From: Azolla caroliniana
Taxonomy: Eukaryota > Plantae > Polypodiophyta
Assembly (NCBI GenBank): GCA_043228905.1
Contig: JBHGNT010000016.1
Location: 11,346,001-11,410,000 of the forward strand
Length of the DNA stretch: 64,000 bases
Reading direction: 5' to 3'
Shown piece after piece: positions 48,123 to 58,660 of this stretch (positions within the stretch are counted from its first letter, which is position 1; each line of letters opens with the position of its first letter). Both the position numbers and the translations under genes were made by a program. The notes beneath the pieces are model-generated. The model searched no databases and had not been told where the DNA came from. It saw only the letters and a program-made list of their open reading frames with translations.

Positions 48123-51100
48123 CTCTCTCTCTCTCTCTCTCTCTCTCATGGGAGCATGATACTCAAAGGATTCAAGGTTTAGGAAACTATAATGTACACT
48201 CTTTGATATGGGAGAAAAATCCAAGACAAAGAAGAGGACAAGGAGGGGTGGCATGTTTGATTAAGAAGGAAATAGAGAAATATGTGTCAATCGTAAAAAA
48301 TGATGAACATAAATGCTACATATGGCTCAAAATAGAAACACCTAATGATTTGCCCACTTTTGTCATTGGATGTTACATTCCTCATCAAGATCCTAACTTC
48401 TATGCTTGTTTGCATATCTAGAAGATGATATTGCTTATTTCAAATCCAAAGGGGAAGTTATTGTCTTTGGTGACATGAATGCTTGTACAAGAATTTTCCA
48501 ACTTGATTCACAAGAATCTTTCATGCCACATATCTCAAGGATGCAAGAGGATATGCAAATGTATAGTTGATCTTCTAGCGATGAAAAAGATCCGAACCAA
48601 TTTGGGAAACTACTCCTACAAATGTGCAATAGTACCAGATTGCTTATTGCAAATGGTGTTTCCTTATGGCCTAATACTAACGGCTTTACATGTAGAAAAC
48701 ACAATGGAAATAGTGTGATTTACTATGTGCTACTTTCCAAAGCTATTTTGGATCGTATACATAAATTCTCACTAGGGGAATGGACACCAGAATCCGATCA
48801 TAGGAATTTATGTATTGATCTCAAATGTATGCATAGGTTTGATTGTGAGAAGGTCATTGAAGATAGTAAACAAACGCACTTGAGCATGAATCTTAAGCAA
48901 GTGCCCATGTATTCCAAGATGGTTGAGGATATATTACAAATGACAAACACACAACATGGTGCCACAGTAGAATGCAAATGGGAAGCTTTTAAGAATGTCA
49001 TTCTCTCTTGTACAAACAAATGTTTTTCGACCAACCACACATCATGGAAATGCACCAATAAATGTAAGAAAAAATGGTTTGATAAAGAATGTCATGAAGC
49101 TTGAAAATGCCTTATGGCTTTGGGTGTAGTTAAGGATAAAGAAAATTACCAAAAGCATTTGCATGACTATAAAAGGCTTATTCAAAGAAAGAGACGAATA
49201 TGGGAAGTTACTCAACAACTTATCCAAATGCAAGACAAAGCACATGCATGTGCTAAATTTTGGGGAAATCTAAAGGGGAAACGTGTTGAGAGTTATGGTG
49301 ACTTAACTCTTCATGACTTGTCTATGCATTGTAAGAATTTATATGAGTTATCTCTTGCCGGAAAGATGATGTGTTATGGTTCTCTTTCACATATGTCTGT
49401 CTTCTTTACAATTGAAGATATATGCATAGGACTTAAGAAATTGGCCTCCCGAAATGCAAGCGATCTTCAATGTATAAAAGCTAAAATGCTCAAATGGACG
49501 GGAAAGGAAGCACATATATGGATATGCGATATGTTTAATGATGCATTGCAACATGGTATTTCATATGATTGGACTACAAATTGGATCAAACCTTTACATA
49601 AAGGCAGAGATGTAAATAATGTAAACAACTATGTTGGCTCATTAATGGCAAAACTATTTGGATGTATAATGGAATCAAAGATAAGTGTATGGGCAGAAAA
49701 AAATGGTAAGAGAGCTTATGGACAAGCTGGTTTTCGAAAACACCATAGCACCATTCATCATCTTGTCACTCTTTGAGTATTAATGGAGGAAAGTCGCCTT
49801 AGAGGTAAATGTTTATATTGTTGCTTTGTAGACCTCAAGAAAGCTTTTGATATGGTACCTTGTGAGCATCTTTGGAGGTGGATGGAAGAACTTGAGGTGC
49901 CAAGTGAATATATGCTTGCAATTTCCCGAATATATGAGAAGGTTATATGTTGTGTGCGTATGAGAGATAGACTTTCAGATTTTTTCAATAGCACTATTGG
50001 TGTTAAGCAAGGATGCCCACTCTCACCAACATTATTTGGTCTATGCATTGATGAATTAGAAGAAATGGTTACCAAGTTTGTAAAGGAAGAATGTGTTGAA
50101 GAAGTTGCCATTGGGAATATTATGATTATGCTTTTGTTATATGCGGATGATGTAGTGCTTTTTGCAAATACTTCAGGAGATGCACAAACGCCTATGAAGG
50201 CATTAGAAAAAATTTGCATGCAGACTAGATTAAGTGTCAATAGGTCTAAACAAAGATTATGCTTGTGAAGAGTCAAAAAAGAGATAAACCATGCATTATG
50301 TACAACAATGAGCCACTTGAATGTGTGGAAAGCTTCAAATATCTTGGCCTTGAAGTTCCTTCAAATCATAAATGGAATGAATGTGCTACACGCCGCTTAG
50401 AGGCAGGTAAGCAAGCATATTATGCATTTGAGAACACATGCAATCTTGGAGATATTAAGTGTTGGGTCCTCAAGAAATATCTTTTTGACACTTTGATGAC
50501 CCCGGTTCTTCTCTATGGGGTGGATGTATGGGGCGGTAGCATCCCTAAATCTACGTGGAAAGAGTTTGAAAATGTCCAAAAACATTTTCTTACAAAGTTT
50601 CTACAAGTTAAGAAACAAACTCCCTACACCCTCCTCCTTGAGATGAGATCACTTCCCATTGAGATCGTGGCCTTGGAAAGGGTTGTTGAATACATTCATA
50701 AGGTTCAAAAAAGCCCCTCACATCGACTTCCTAGAATTGCATGGGAAGCAAGCAAAAAGATCCAAAAGACGCATAAAAGCAAATTTTTGTGTTCCGGTTG
50801 GATGCAAGATTTAGAAAAATGGTTTGGTAGATGGGATGCAAGACACTTGCTTCATGATGCGTCTCTAGATTCCTCTGTAAATGAGGCCTTTTTGCAACGC
50901 CAATGTATCATGACACGGGACAAATGTGGTGGCTCACGCTTCACACATTACACTACAAATGTTGCACTTAACTACAAAACCATATTCTTCGCGGAACGGG
51001 GAAGCCGTTGTCGTGAAGATTTTCGTCCATAGGCGGAAACCGGGGTGGAAGGGGCAAGTCGGTGGTGTGCAACATGTGCACATGTATACTAGGATATGGT

Positions 51101-51568
51101 GTATAGAAAGAGAGGGGAAAATTTTGTCCCCCATTGTAAGGTCCCTCCCTCCTTGGGCTATAAAAGGAAGGGAGGGGTCACTTATGAAGGGGTTGCCTAT
51201 TTTGTGCGAGTAAGGTATACCACTTAGTCGAGGGTTCTACTTCTTCCCATTTCGGTTAGGGTTTTCTTCTTGGGTTTCCCTTTAGGGTTTTCGGATAGTC
51301 ATTTTGGTGCGGCCATGGCGGCCACCATTGTTGTAACCATTCGTTGTTTTAACATAACTTGTTGAACATCTTGCCTCCGCCGATCTCTCCTTCGATGTCG
51401 TGGTCTTATTCTTTCCTCTTCTCCTCTTGAGCTAAGCCTCCATATCATGTCCTATTCTTTCTCCTCCACTCCCTAGTCCAAGACCCCCACGGTCCTGCCC
51501 CTTCTACATGCACGTGCGTAACAACGCGACATCTTTGGTGAACCCGACGTGAAGGGCAGCAAGGGAGC

Positions 51569-53263
51569 ATGGAGATGGAAGAAGACTTGGACTTCGAGGA
51601 GATGATGGCAAAAATTGTGATGGAAGCCGGACGGAAGATGGCAAAGCGAGATGCGGCTCAACAAGCCGGCGAAAGGGTGGTCGATCGAGTCGGCCGGTTC
51701 AATGGGAATGAGGTCCCAAAATTTTTGGGAGCCTATGAGGCCGAGATGGCGAAAGGGGGCGTGGACGAGGAGATGCGGCTAGAGTATTTTCCTCGAGTGG
51801 CGGCCGCATCGGTGCACAAGGAGGTCAAGGAGCTACGAGAAGCTCACGAGTCGTGGGTGTCCTTGAAGGTAGCCCTATTGGAAGCATGCGGATACGCGAA
51901 ACCGGAGTGGGTATGCCGGCAACCCGATGGGGAGCGGTCAGCAACAACGTGGCCCGCGAGCGGCAGAGAAGAGAGAGCGGCGAGTGAGTACGCACTACCG
52001 CCGGAAGAGAGCTCAACGCAAAACGGTTCGGAGGAGCTCGACCTAGAAGCGCTAATACGAGAGGCATGCGAGCTTGTGAAGGCGAAAATCGGAGCCGAAG
52101 AAGGGCTTGTTATGGAGACGGGCCGGAGGCGATCGGAGGATGTGGAGGAAGAAGCCTCCCTAGACGTAGAAGACGGGGCCTATACGGAGGCCGGGAGAGT
52201 GTACGACGGCGAGATAGGAGAGGGTGCGGAGCAAGCGACCCTCTTGCCTTGCGGTGAAGGGACGGCCATGGAGGCCGGTAACTACGGATTCGGGACATGG
52301 CGGCCCGAAACATTGAGTGAGGAGCGGACAAGCGGCGGTGCCACGACTTTACACACACCGGTCCTAGAGACTCTGGCATCCGGCCGGAGAGCCGGTGTGA
52401 GACCTAGAGTGACGGACGGTGGCAGCGGCAAGGCGGGCAACCGAGACGACGGCATGGGAGAGATGGTGGCAAGCGTAATCGAGGTTTGCGGAATCGGAGA
52501 TGGGGTAGCCGCGGACAACGACGACCGGACGGAAGCGGCTACTGACACAACGAGTGGCGGTGCCGGGTCCTTACCCACACCGGTCCTAGAGGCTCCGGCA
52601 GCCGGCCCGAGTGCCGGCGTGAGACCTAGAGCGACGGGCGGTGGTGGCGGCAAGGCGGCCTACCACGGCGACGAAGAGAACGAGGAAGAGATAGCCACGG
52701 ACCACGACGTCCGAACGAAGGTGGCTACGAACATGGCATCGGCGAGTAACGGTATCGGGACTTTTCCCACACCTATTCTAGAGACTTCGGCAGTCGGCCC
52801 CGAGAGCCCACGTGAGACCGGAGAGACGGAAGGTGGCGGCGGCAAAGCGGACGATCGAAACGACGACGAGGAAGGTCATAGCGGACGGAGGCAAGACCTC
52901 TCGACACCGAGACCGGAGACTATGGCAGTTGCGCTCGAATGCCAACATAAGACCGGAGAGAAGGGCGGTGGCCGTGAGGAGGTGTGGCCCGGAGCGAACA
53001 CGTACGAAGATGAGGATGCGAGGCCCGGAACGGGCATATACGAGAGGACCGACGGAGCGGTCGGGAGCGGCAAAGAGGAGAGAGTCGGGAACCGACCCGA
53101 CCGGAAGATGGACCGGTCGATAATCCGACATGACCGGAAGACGACGCGGAAGAACATTGGAGCGGGGTCTAGTCAACCGGGCCCGAACCGAAGAAGAGCT
53201 GGCAAGGTCAGATTTGTTCGGACAAACATCTACCGGCCGGTTACGATTACGGAAGGGAGCTGA
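51569..53263 (+). CDS. Gag N-terminal domain fused to an acidic repetitive tail
   Basis: VGRFNGNEVPKFLGAYEAEM..FPRVAAASVHKEV aligns with A gag IGRFDGKDATKYLASYGAEM..FPRVAMPSIHAEV; followed by TP(V/I)LE repeats. Confidence 0.7.
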   Translation: MEMEEDLDFEEMMAKIVMEAGRKMAKRDAAQQAGERVVDRVGRFNGNEVPKFLGAYEAEMAKGGVDEEMRLEYFPRVAAASVHKEVKELREAHESWVSLKVALLEACGYAKPEWVCRQPDGERSATTWPASGREERAASEYALPPEESSTQNGSEELDLEALIREACELVKAKIGAEEGLVMETGRRRSEDVEEEASLDVEDGAYTEAGRVYDGEIGEGAEQATLLPCGEGTAMEAGNYGFGTWRPETLSEERTSGGATTLHTPVLETLASGRRAGVRPRVTDGGSGKAGNRDDGMGEMVASVIEVCGIGDGVAADNDDRTEAATDTTSGGAGSLPTPVLEAPAAGPSAGVRPRATGGGGGKAAYHGDEENEEEIATDHDVRTKVATNMASASNGIGTFPTPILETSAVGPESPRETGETEGGGGKADDRNDDEEGHSGRRQDLSTPRPETMAVALECQHKTGEKGGGREEVWPGANTYEDEDARPGTGIYERTDGAVGSGKEERVGNRPDRKMDRSIIRHDRKTTRKNIGAGSSQPGPNRRRAGKVRFVRTNIYRPVTITEGS

Positions 53264-53362
53264 CCTAACCGGAACTCGATCGGCCGAGACCGATCCGGGC
53301 GAAGGCAAAGTTGGCACGGTTGGAGGTCGAGGCGAACGGGCCACAACACCCGGTGGGAGCCG

Positions 53363-55003
53363 ATGAGCGCGAGAAGGAAGCTAACCGGGCACGGTGATTA
53401 CGGCTTGGCAGAAGACCGAGAGCGAGAGGAGCCCTCCACATCTATCCTTGAGACTTCGGCGGTTGCGGATCAACATAAGACCGGAGACACGACGGGTGGC
53501 GGCGAGGAGTCGGAGACCGGAACTGACGAGGCCACTAGAACGGGTACCCGGTGCGTGAAGACGGATGAGCACGGCCAAGACGGCAAGCCGGAGTCGAAAG
53601 GGGCTACGGCAAGAAAGGACGAAGAGACCGACGCGGAGGTCGGGTCTACGACGGATGAGGCGCGTAATACGAAGTATGCACTACAGCGTAAAACGGAGCA
53701 TGCACTACGGCCAGCGAAGGGCCAAGAAGTAAGCATGCACCCGGAAGAGCGGCAACGAGTGACCGGCAACAGTGGACCGGTCGAGCCTTTGAGAGACAAG
53801 CACGCGGCGAGAGACGAAGCCGTAAGGTGCCGAGATCGGCGGATGGGTGGCGAGAGCGAAGGATGGTGCGCGGAGAACAACGGGGTACACACCGGGAAGA
53901 GAAAACGCAGCGGCTTCCCTGAGGACATACAAGGCCAAGCGGGCCAAGAGGGCGCAAGCCGAGGCGAGGCGGTAACGAGAGCCTCGAGGGACACCGACAC
54001 GGAGGTCGGGAGGACGGTACGTTGTACGGTGAGGGAGCACGACGGGAAAAGGAGAGGCAAGGAACGCGGAATGGGGTCGCCTAAGGGCCAAAGAATGAGC
54101 GCATATTCGGGGGACAACATCGGCGCACGAGAAGAGCCCATGGAAGGCAAGCGCGGAGCAGGAAGAGTCGACACGCCGAGGTGTTCGGCATGCGGAGACG
54201 ATAAAACCAAAGGAGGAACATACGCGGCACGAAAAGGGCGGAATCCGGAGTACGATCGGAGAATTCAGGAGCCTTTGCGAGGAATGCGTGCGGCGAGAGA
54301 TGGCGCGGTGAGGTGCCGGTATCGGCGGATGATCGACGAGCGTGAAAGGCTATGTCTTGAGAACCGGAGGAGGTGCGTGGAGAGCAACGGGCTACGCGCC
54401 GGGAAGAGGAAGCACGGCTTCCCGGAAGGCATGCGAGGCCAAGCGGGCCAAGAGGACGAGAGTCGGGATGAAGCGGTAACGGGAGTCGCGAAGGACATTG
54501 ACATGGTGGTCGGTATGATGGTACGCTCTACGGCAAGAGAGCATGACGAGCAAGGGAGAAGCAAGGAGCGCGTAATGGGGTCACGTAAGGACCGAAGAAC
54601 GAGCACGCATTCGATGGACGACAACGACACACGGAAAGTGCCTACGGAAGCCGAGTGCAAAACGAAGGGAGTCGGTACGAGGTGTTCGGGGCGAGGAGAA
54701 GGTCGAGCCGGAGGTGGAACACACGCGATACGCGAGGAGCGGCACCCGACGAGCAATCGAAGTAATCGGGGGTCTAACCGGAGGACATGCGCGGTGAGCA
54801 AAGGAAGGGAGACCGGATCGGCAACGGTGTTCGGGATGGCCGGTCGAAGAAGAAGGTGCATGCGCCGGACATGGCGGATCGGATGGAGCCAACAGTTCGG
54901 GGAAACGCGGTGGACGTGGTGGATCGGATGGAGTCGGCGGGTCGGGGCCGGCAAGACGGATCGGCGCCAGCAAGGGACCGGCAAGGCGGTTGGGTGTCGG
55001 TAA
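53363..55003 (+). CDS. Element F ORF2, unknown Arg/Gly-rich protein with two ~160-aa repeats
   Basis: 546-codon ORF; EPLR..AARD.AVRCR.RR units 486 bp apart. May be open only because of GC-rich composition. Confidence 0.35.
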   Translation: MSARRKLTGHGDYGLAEDREREEPSTSILETSAVADQHKTGDTTGGGEESETGTDEATRTGTRCVKTDEHGQDGKPESKGATARKDEETDAEVGSTTDEARNTKYALQRKTEHALRPAKGQEVSMHPEERQRVTGNSGPVEPLRDKHAARDEAVRCRDRRMGGESEGWCAENNGVHTGKRKRSGFPEDIQGQAGQEGASRGEAVTRASRDTDTEVGRTVRCTVREHDGKRRGKERGMGSPKGQRMSAYSGDNIGAREEPMEGKRGAGRVDTPRCSACGDDKTKGGTYAARKGRNPEYDRRIQEPLRGMRAARDGAVRCRYRRMIDERERLCLENRRRCVESNGLRAGKRKHGFPEGMRGQAGQEDESRDEAVTGVAKDIDMVVGMMVRSTAREHDEQGRSKERVMGSRKDRRTSTHSMDDNDTRKVPTEAECKTKGVGTRCSGRGEGRAGGGTHAIREERHPTSNRSNRGSNRRTCAVSKGRETGSATVFGMAGRRRRCMRRTWRIGWSQQFGETRWTWWIGWSRRVGAGKTDRRQQGTGKAVGCR

Positions 55004-56000
55004 GGCGAAAGACCCGGTTAATTACCGTCGCTGAAATCTCTCACCCTTTTCCTTTCTTGGCACATACCGGTGGATGTGCGGTTTGGTGGGGGTGGATGTC
55101 GTGAAGATTTTCGTCCATAGGCGGAAACCGGGGTGGAAGGGGCAAGTCGGTGGTGTGCAACATGTGCACATGTATACTAGGATATGGTGTATAGAAAGAG
55201 AGGGGAAAATTTTGTCCCGCATTGTAAGGTCCCTCCCTCCTTGGGCTATAAAAGGAAGGGAGGGGTCACTTATGAAGGGGTTGCCTATTTTGTGCGAGTA
55301 AGGTATACCACTTAGTCGAGGGTTCTACTTCTTCCCATTTCGGTTAGGGTTTTCTTCTTGGGTTTCCCTTTAGGGTTTTCGGATAGTCATTTTGGTGCGG
55401 CCATGGCGGCCACCACTGTTGTAACCATTCGTTGTTTTAACATAACTTGTTGAACATCTTGCCTCCGCCGATCTCTCCTTCGATGTCGTGGTCTTATTCT
55501 TTCCTCTTCTCCTCTTGAGCTAAGCCTCCATATCATGTCCTATTCTTTCTCCTCCACTGCCTACTCCAAGACCCCCGCGGTCCCGCCCCTTCTACACGCA
55601 CGCGCATAACAACGCGACACCGTACACATCGACACATTTTAGAGACCATCCCGATATTTGCCATTCGAACCATTGCTTCCACGCGACTTAGCTCACATGC
55701 ATTGCGATGTGAGACAGGGTCGGCTATGCACATTTTTCCCTAAACAAGTTCGTGAGTCTTAATATCACACTTTGATACAGTGCTCTGCCTTTGATCATAT
55801 TCGACCATGCTTTCCACATCTCTTCGATCGAGCCCAATCCTTGCACGAATTTCTCTCACAACCACGATGTGCACTCTCGATTGAAACATTCATTGGTAAA
55901 GTTCTTTAACATCGAAGGTCGCTAGTCACCTTCACACGTATCAGGTGAAATGTAATATTTTTGGTCTCATAGGTCATATTTGACCTTCGAAGATGATAAT

Positions 56001-56003
<3 letters not shown>

Positions 56004-56036
<33 letters not shown>

Positions 56037-56042
56037 TCTCTC

Positions 56043-56075
<33 letters not shown>
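56004..56075. repeat. (CT)n microsatellite
   Basis: Directly visible; a shorter tract lies at 48123-48147. Confidence 0.98.
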
Positions 56076-56474
56076 TGCAACACAACCACATTAGTGCGTC
56101 AATTCGGCTACTACAATTTCACTTCTTGTGTTCATTCACTCTCTCTCAGAAATTCTCATCAAGAAGGAACTAGCACTAGCAAAGAACATTTCGTCGTTGT
56201 CGTCGCCCACTAAAACGTTGCACACCACCACATGACCACCACCTACACGTCAATCCACCGTGTCGTTGAGTCTAGGTCCGGTGCATCTTAGACAACAAAG
56301 AACGACCTGACAATAAACCTAAATGATTGATTCCTTACAAGCACAAGTCACCCGACCTGTCCTCCCCGGTCAAAGACCTCAGTCGTCCCGTTCGACCGAC
56401 CCGCATGCGTAGAAATCCCATCATCTCCTCCATAACCACTAGCGGATACAGGCCCGGTGGTTGTTTGCACACGT

Positions 56475-58660
56475 TGTCATAGTGTATTTCGTACACTACA
56501 TGAAAAACTTATAAAGTACCCGATTCAATAAAAATGAAAAAATAGAAGAGAATATTAAAATGTGTATTACATGGATAGGGCAAGGTTCAAACCTTGTACC
56601 TGCATGTTAATAGTTTGTAACTTTACCATTATATGAACACATCCTACGTGTTAAAAGAGTAGATATCCCATGTACAAAGTTTATTTCACATAAAAAATAG
56701 GAAAAACTATTTTTACACGTAGAGTGCATCAAACTTTAGTTAGAAGAAAATGCATGATCGAAAAAGCTATTCATGCACAACTCACGTGCATGAACACTTT
56801 TATTAGAAGAAAAAACATAATAGATAAAGTGATTCATGTACATCTAATGTCCATGAACACTTTAGAAAAAGCATGATGCTTACCATGTGGTAGACTATAG
56901 TCTCTCCCATCACTATATAAGGGTGGAGCGAAAATTGTAATAGGTTGTTGATTTTTTTGTTATAAGGGTTTATTAATATATTATACTCATAGGATTCACG
57001 AGCTTTCTATCAATTTCTCTCTTTCAATCTAAATTCATATTCGTTTCTAAGCATTGATTAATACGCTATACTCGTGGGATTCACGAGTTTCCTAACTCTC
57101 TTTAACTCTCTTTCTTACAACCTATTCATAACTAGAATTGTCTCAAATTCTTCGTCCTCCTAGTCCAAAACCCCAGCGGTTCCCACCTGACTCATGCAAC
57201 GATCCGGCGCTGAAAGGCACAACACATTTGGTGAACCCAACGTGAAGATGGGTGGCAAGGAGATAGAGAATCAACAAGAGGCTAACAATAGGATGACGAT
57301 GTTGAACAGATGCTCCAAGAACAACGTGCGATGTCAAAGATTGTGGCGGCAGTAGAGCGATTCGTGCAACGGAACAGACAATTCAACAGAAAGGATGTGT
57401 CACTCTATCCACGTGATTACAAAGCGGAGATGATGCAATGTGGGATACCGAAAGGATTGCAAGTGATATCCTTCAATCGAGTGCCTAAGGATGGGCTTCA
57501 AGGGAGTATGCACGAGATATGACAACAAAATCCAACGTGGCCGGTGTTTGAAGAACTGTTGAAGACTACGTTTGCTATTGACGACTCCTCCAAGGGAACG
57601 TGGAGAGTATTCGAAGATTGGGTGGAAACACCATACAAGGGGTTGAAGGTCCTCGATGTGTTTTCAGCATTCGAAAGTCGATTCAAGAGGCTGTCCGCGA
57701 GAGATCAAGCTATCCTCGCACCAGAAAAAGTGATCATGTTCTTACAAACCGTAGATGGCTGGAATCGAAAAGATCTTGGAGTGCTTCTAGAGGATACGAC
57801 TACGGAGAGTGGCATCACCAATACATGGGAAAAGGTGCAGGACATCGTCGCGGGATACACAAAGAGGGGGCAATGGCTCGGTAATGAAGAAAAGAGGGTT
57901 TCGTAACCAATTCCGATACCAGGAGCCGGATTGGAAGACCATCAAACATGGGCTCGGGAGACTATGACTGAGAAGGGAATCGATGCAACCACAGTGGAGC
58001 AGTTGCTAACGGAGATGGAGAATCTCAAAATCGTGATGGTGAAGAAGTCAGAAGACCATCACACAAGTTCCAAGTACGTGGACCGTCGATGCATATGGTG
58101 TGATAGTACCAAACATGATCGGAAAGATTGCGATAAGCACAAGGAGGCTCTATGACAAAAATCGAATCCATTCGATGGATTCTCGGAAGCCACTCCAACC
58201 GAACTTCCGAAAAGGCGGCATGAAGAAGGTCCTAGACGAGGAGATAGCGGTCAAAAGTAATTATGCGACAACCGTAGTAATATGTGTAGGTGAGACAACT
58301 AGAGAGAAGTCAACATTCTAGCCGGAGATGCTAGATATCTCAGAGAAAACCGACTCCGATGAAATCCAGAGTACCGCAGAAGGTATCTGAGAATCTACGA
58401 GATGGGAGTGCCCTGTAGATAAAAATAGTGTATATGCCTTATGTCAACTACATGAGGTGTATGTTGATGAGAAACTAAGGCGCACGGATGATGCAAGCGA
58501 ACCATCGAAGACGCCAGAGAGCTGGAATTCGGATGGGAAAGGAAAAGGGAAATTGACTCCGACATTCAAACTCACCTCGGACATCAAACAAGAGACGGAC
58601 CTAAAGAAGGCATTCGAAGAGAGAATCCTTGATAGTCGGGTGGAATTTTCTCTCCGGGAT
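56475..58660 (+). mobile_element. Element G: 5' LTR, Trp PBS and decayed gag of the A lineage; 3' truncated
   Basis: LTR 56475-57224 preceded by ACGT; PBS TGGTGAACCCAACGTGA at 57229; CIWCDSTKHDRKDC; EERILDSRVEFSLR resembles A gag. Confidence 0.88.

Larger units (their letters stand above)
51009..55619 (+). mobile_element. Element F: pol-less (TR-GAG/LARD-like) Trp-primed LTR element
   Basis: 523-bp near-identical LTRs 51009-51531 and 55097-55619; 4-bp TSD CCGT; PBS TGGTGAACCCGACGTGA 51536-51552; PPT region like those of A and B. Confidence 0.96.
48148..56003 (+). mobile_element. 5'-truncated decayed LINE (APE-RT-zinc knuckle; RTEX-like), interrupted by element F
   Basis: GGVACLIK, GDMNA, SDH; QAGFR, FVDLKKAFD, GVKQGCPLSPTLF, LLYADD. 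After F: RLSSHALRCETG..C..H..C. Flanked by (CT)n on both sides. Confidence 0.92.
14555..56474 (+). mobile_element. Element B: old non-autonomous tRNA-Trp-primed LTR element, host of the nested stack
   Basis: 5' LTR remnant 14555-15079 plus 22381-22400; PBS TGGTGAACCTGGCGTGA 22407-22423; interior 22401-22813 plus 45400-47234; 3' LTR 47235-47920 plus 56004-56474. Segment 14570-14675 matches 47795-47900, and 14700-15050 matches 56087-56474. Confidence 0.8.
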
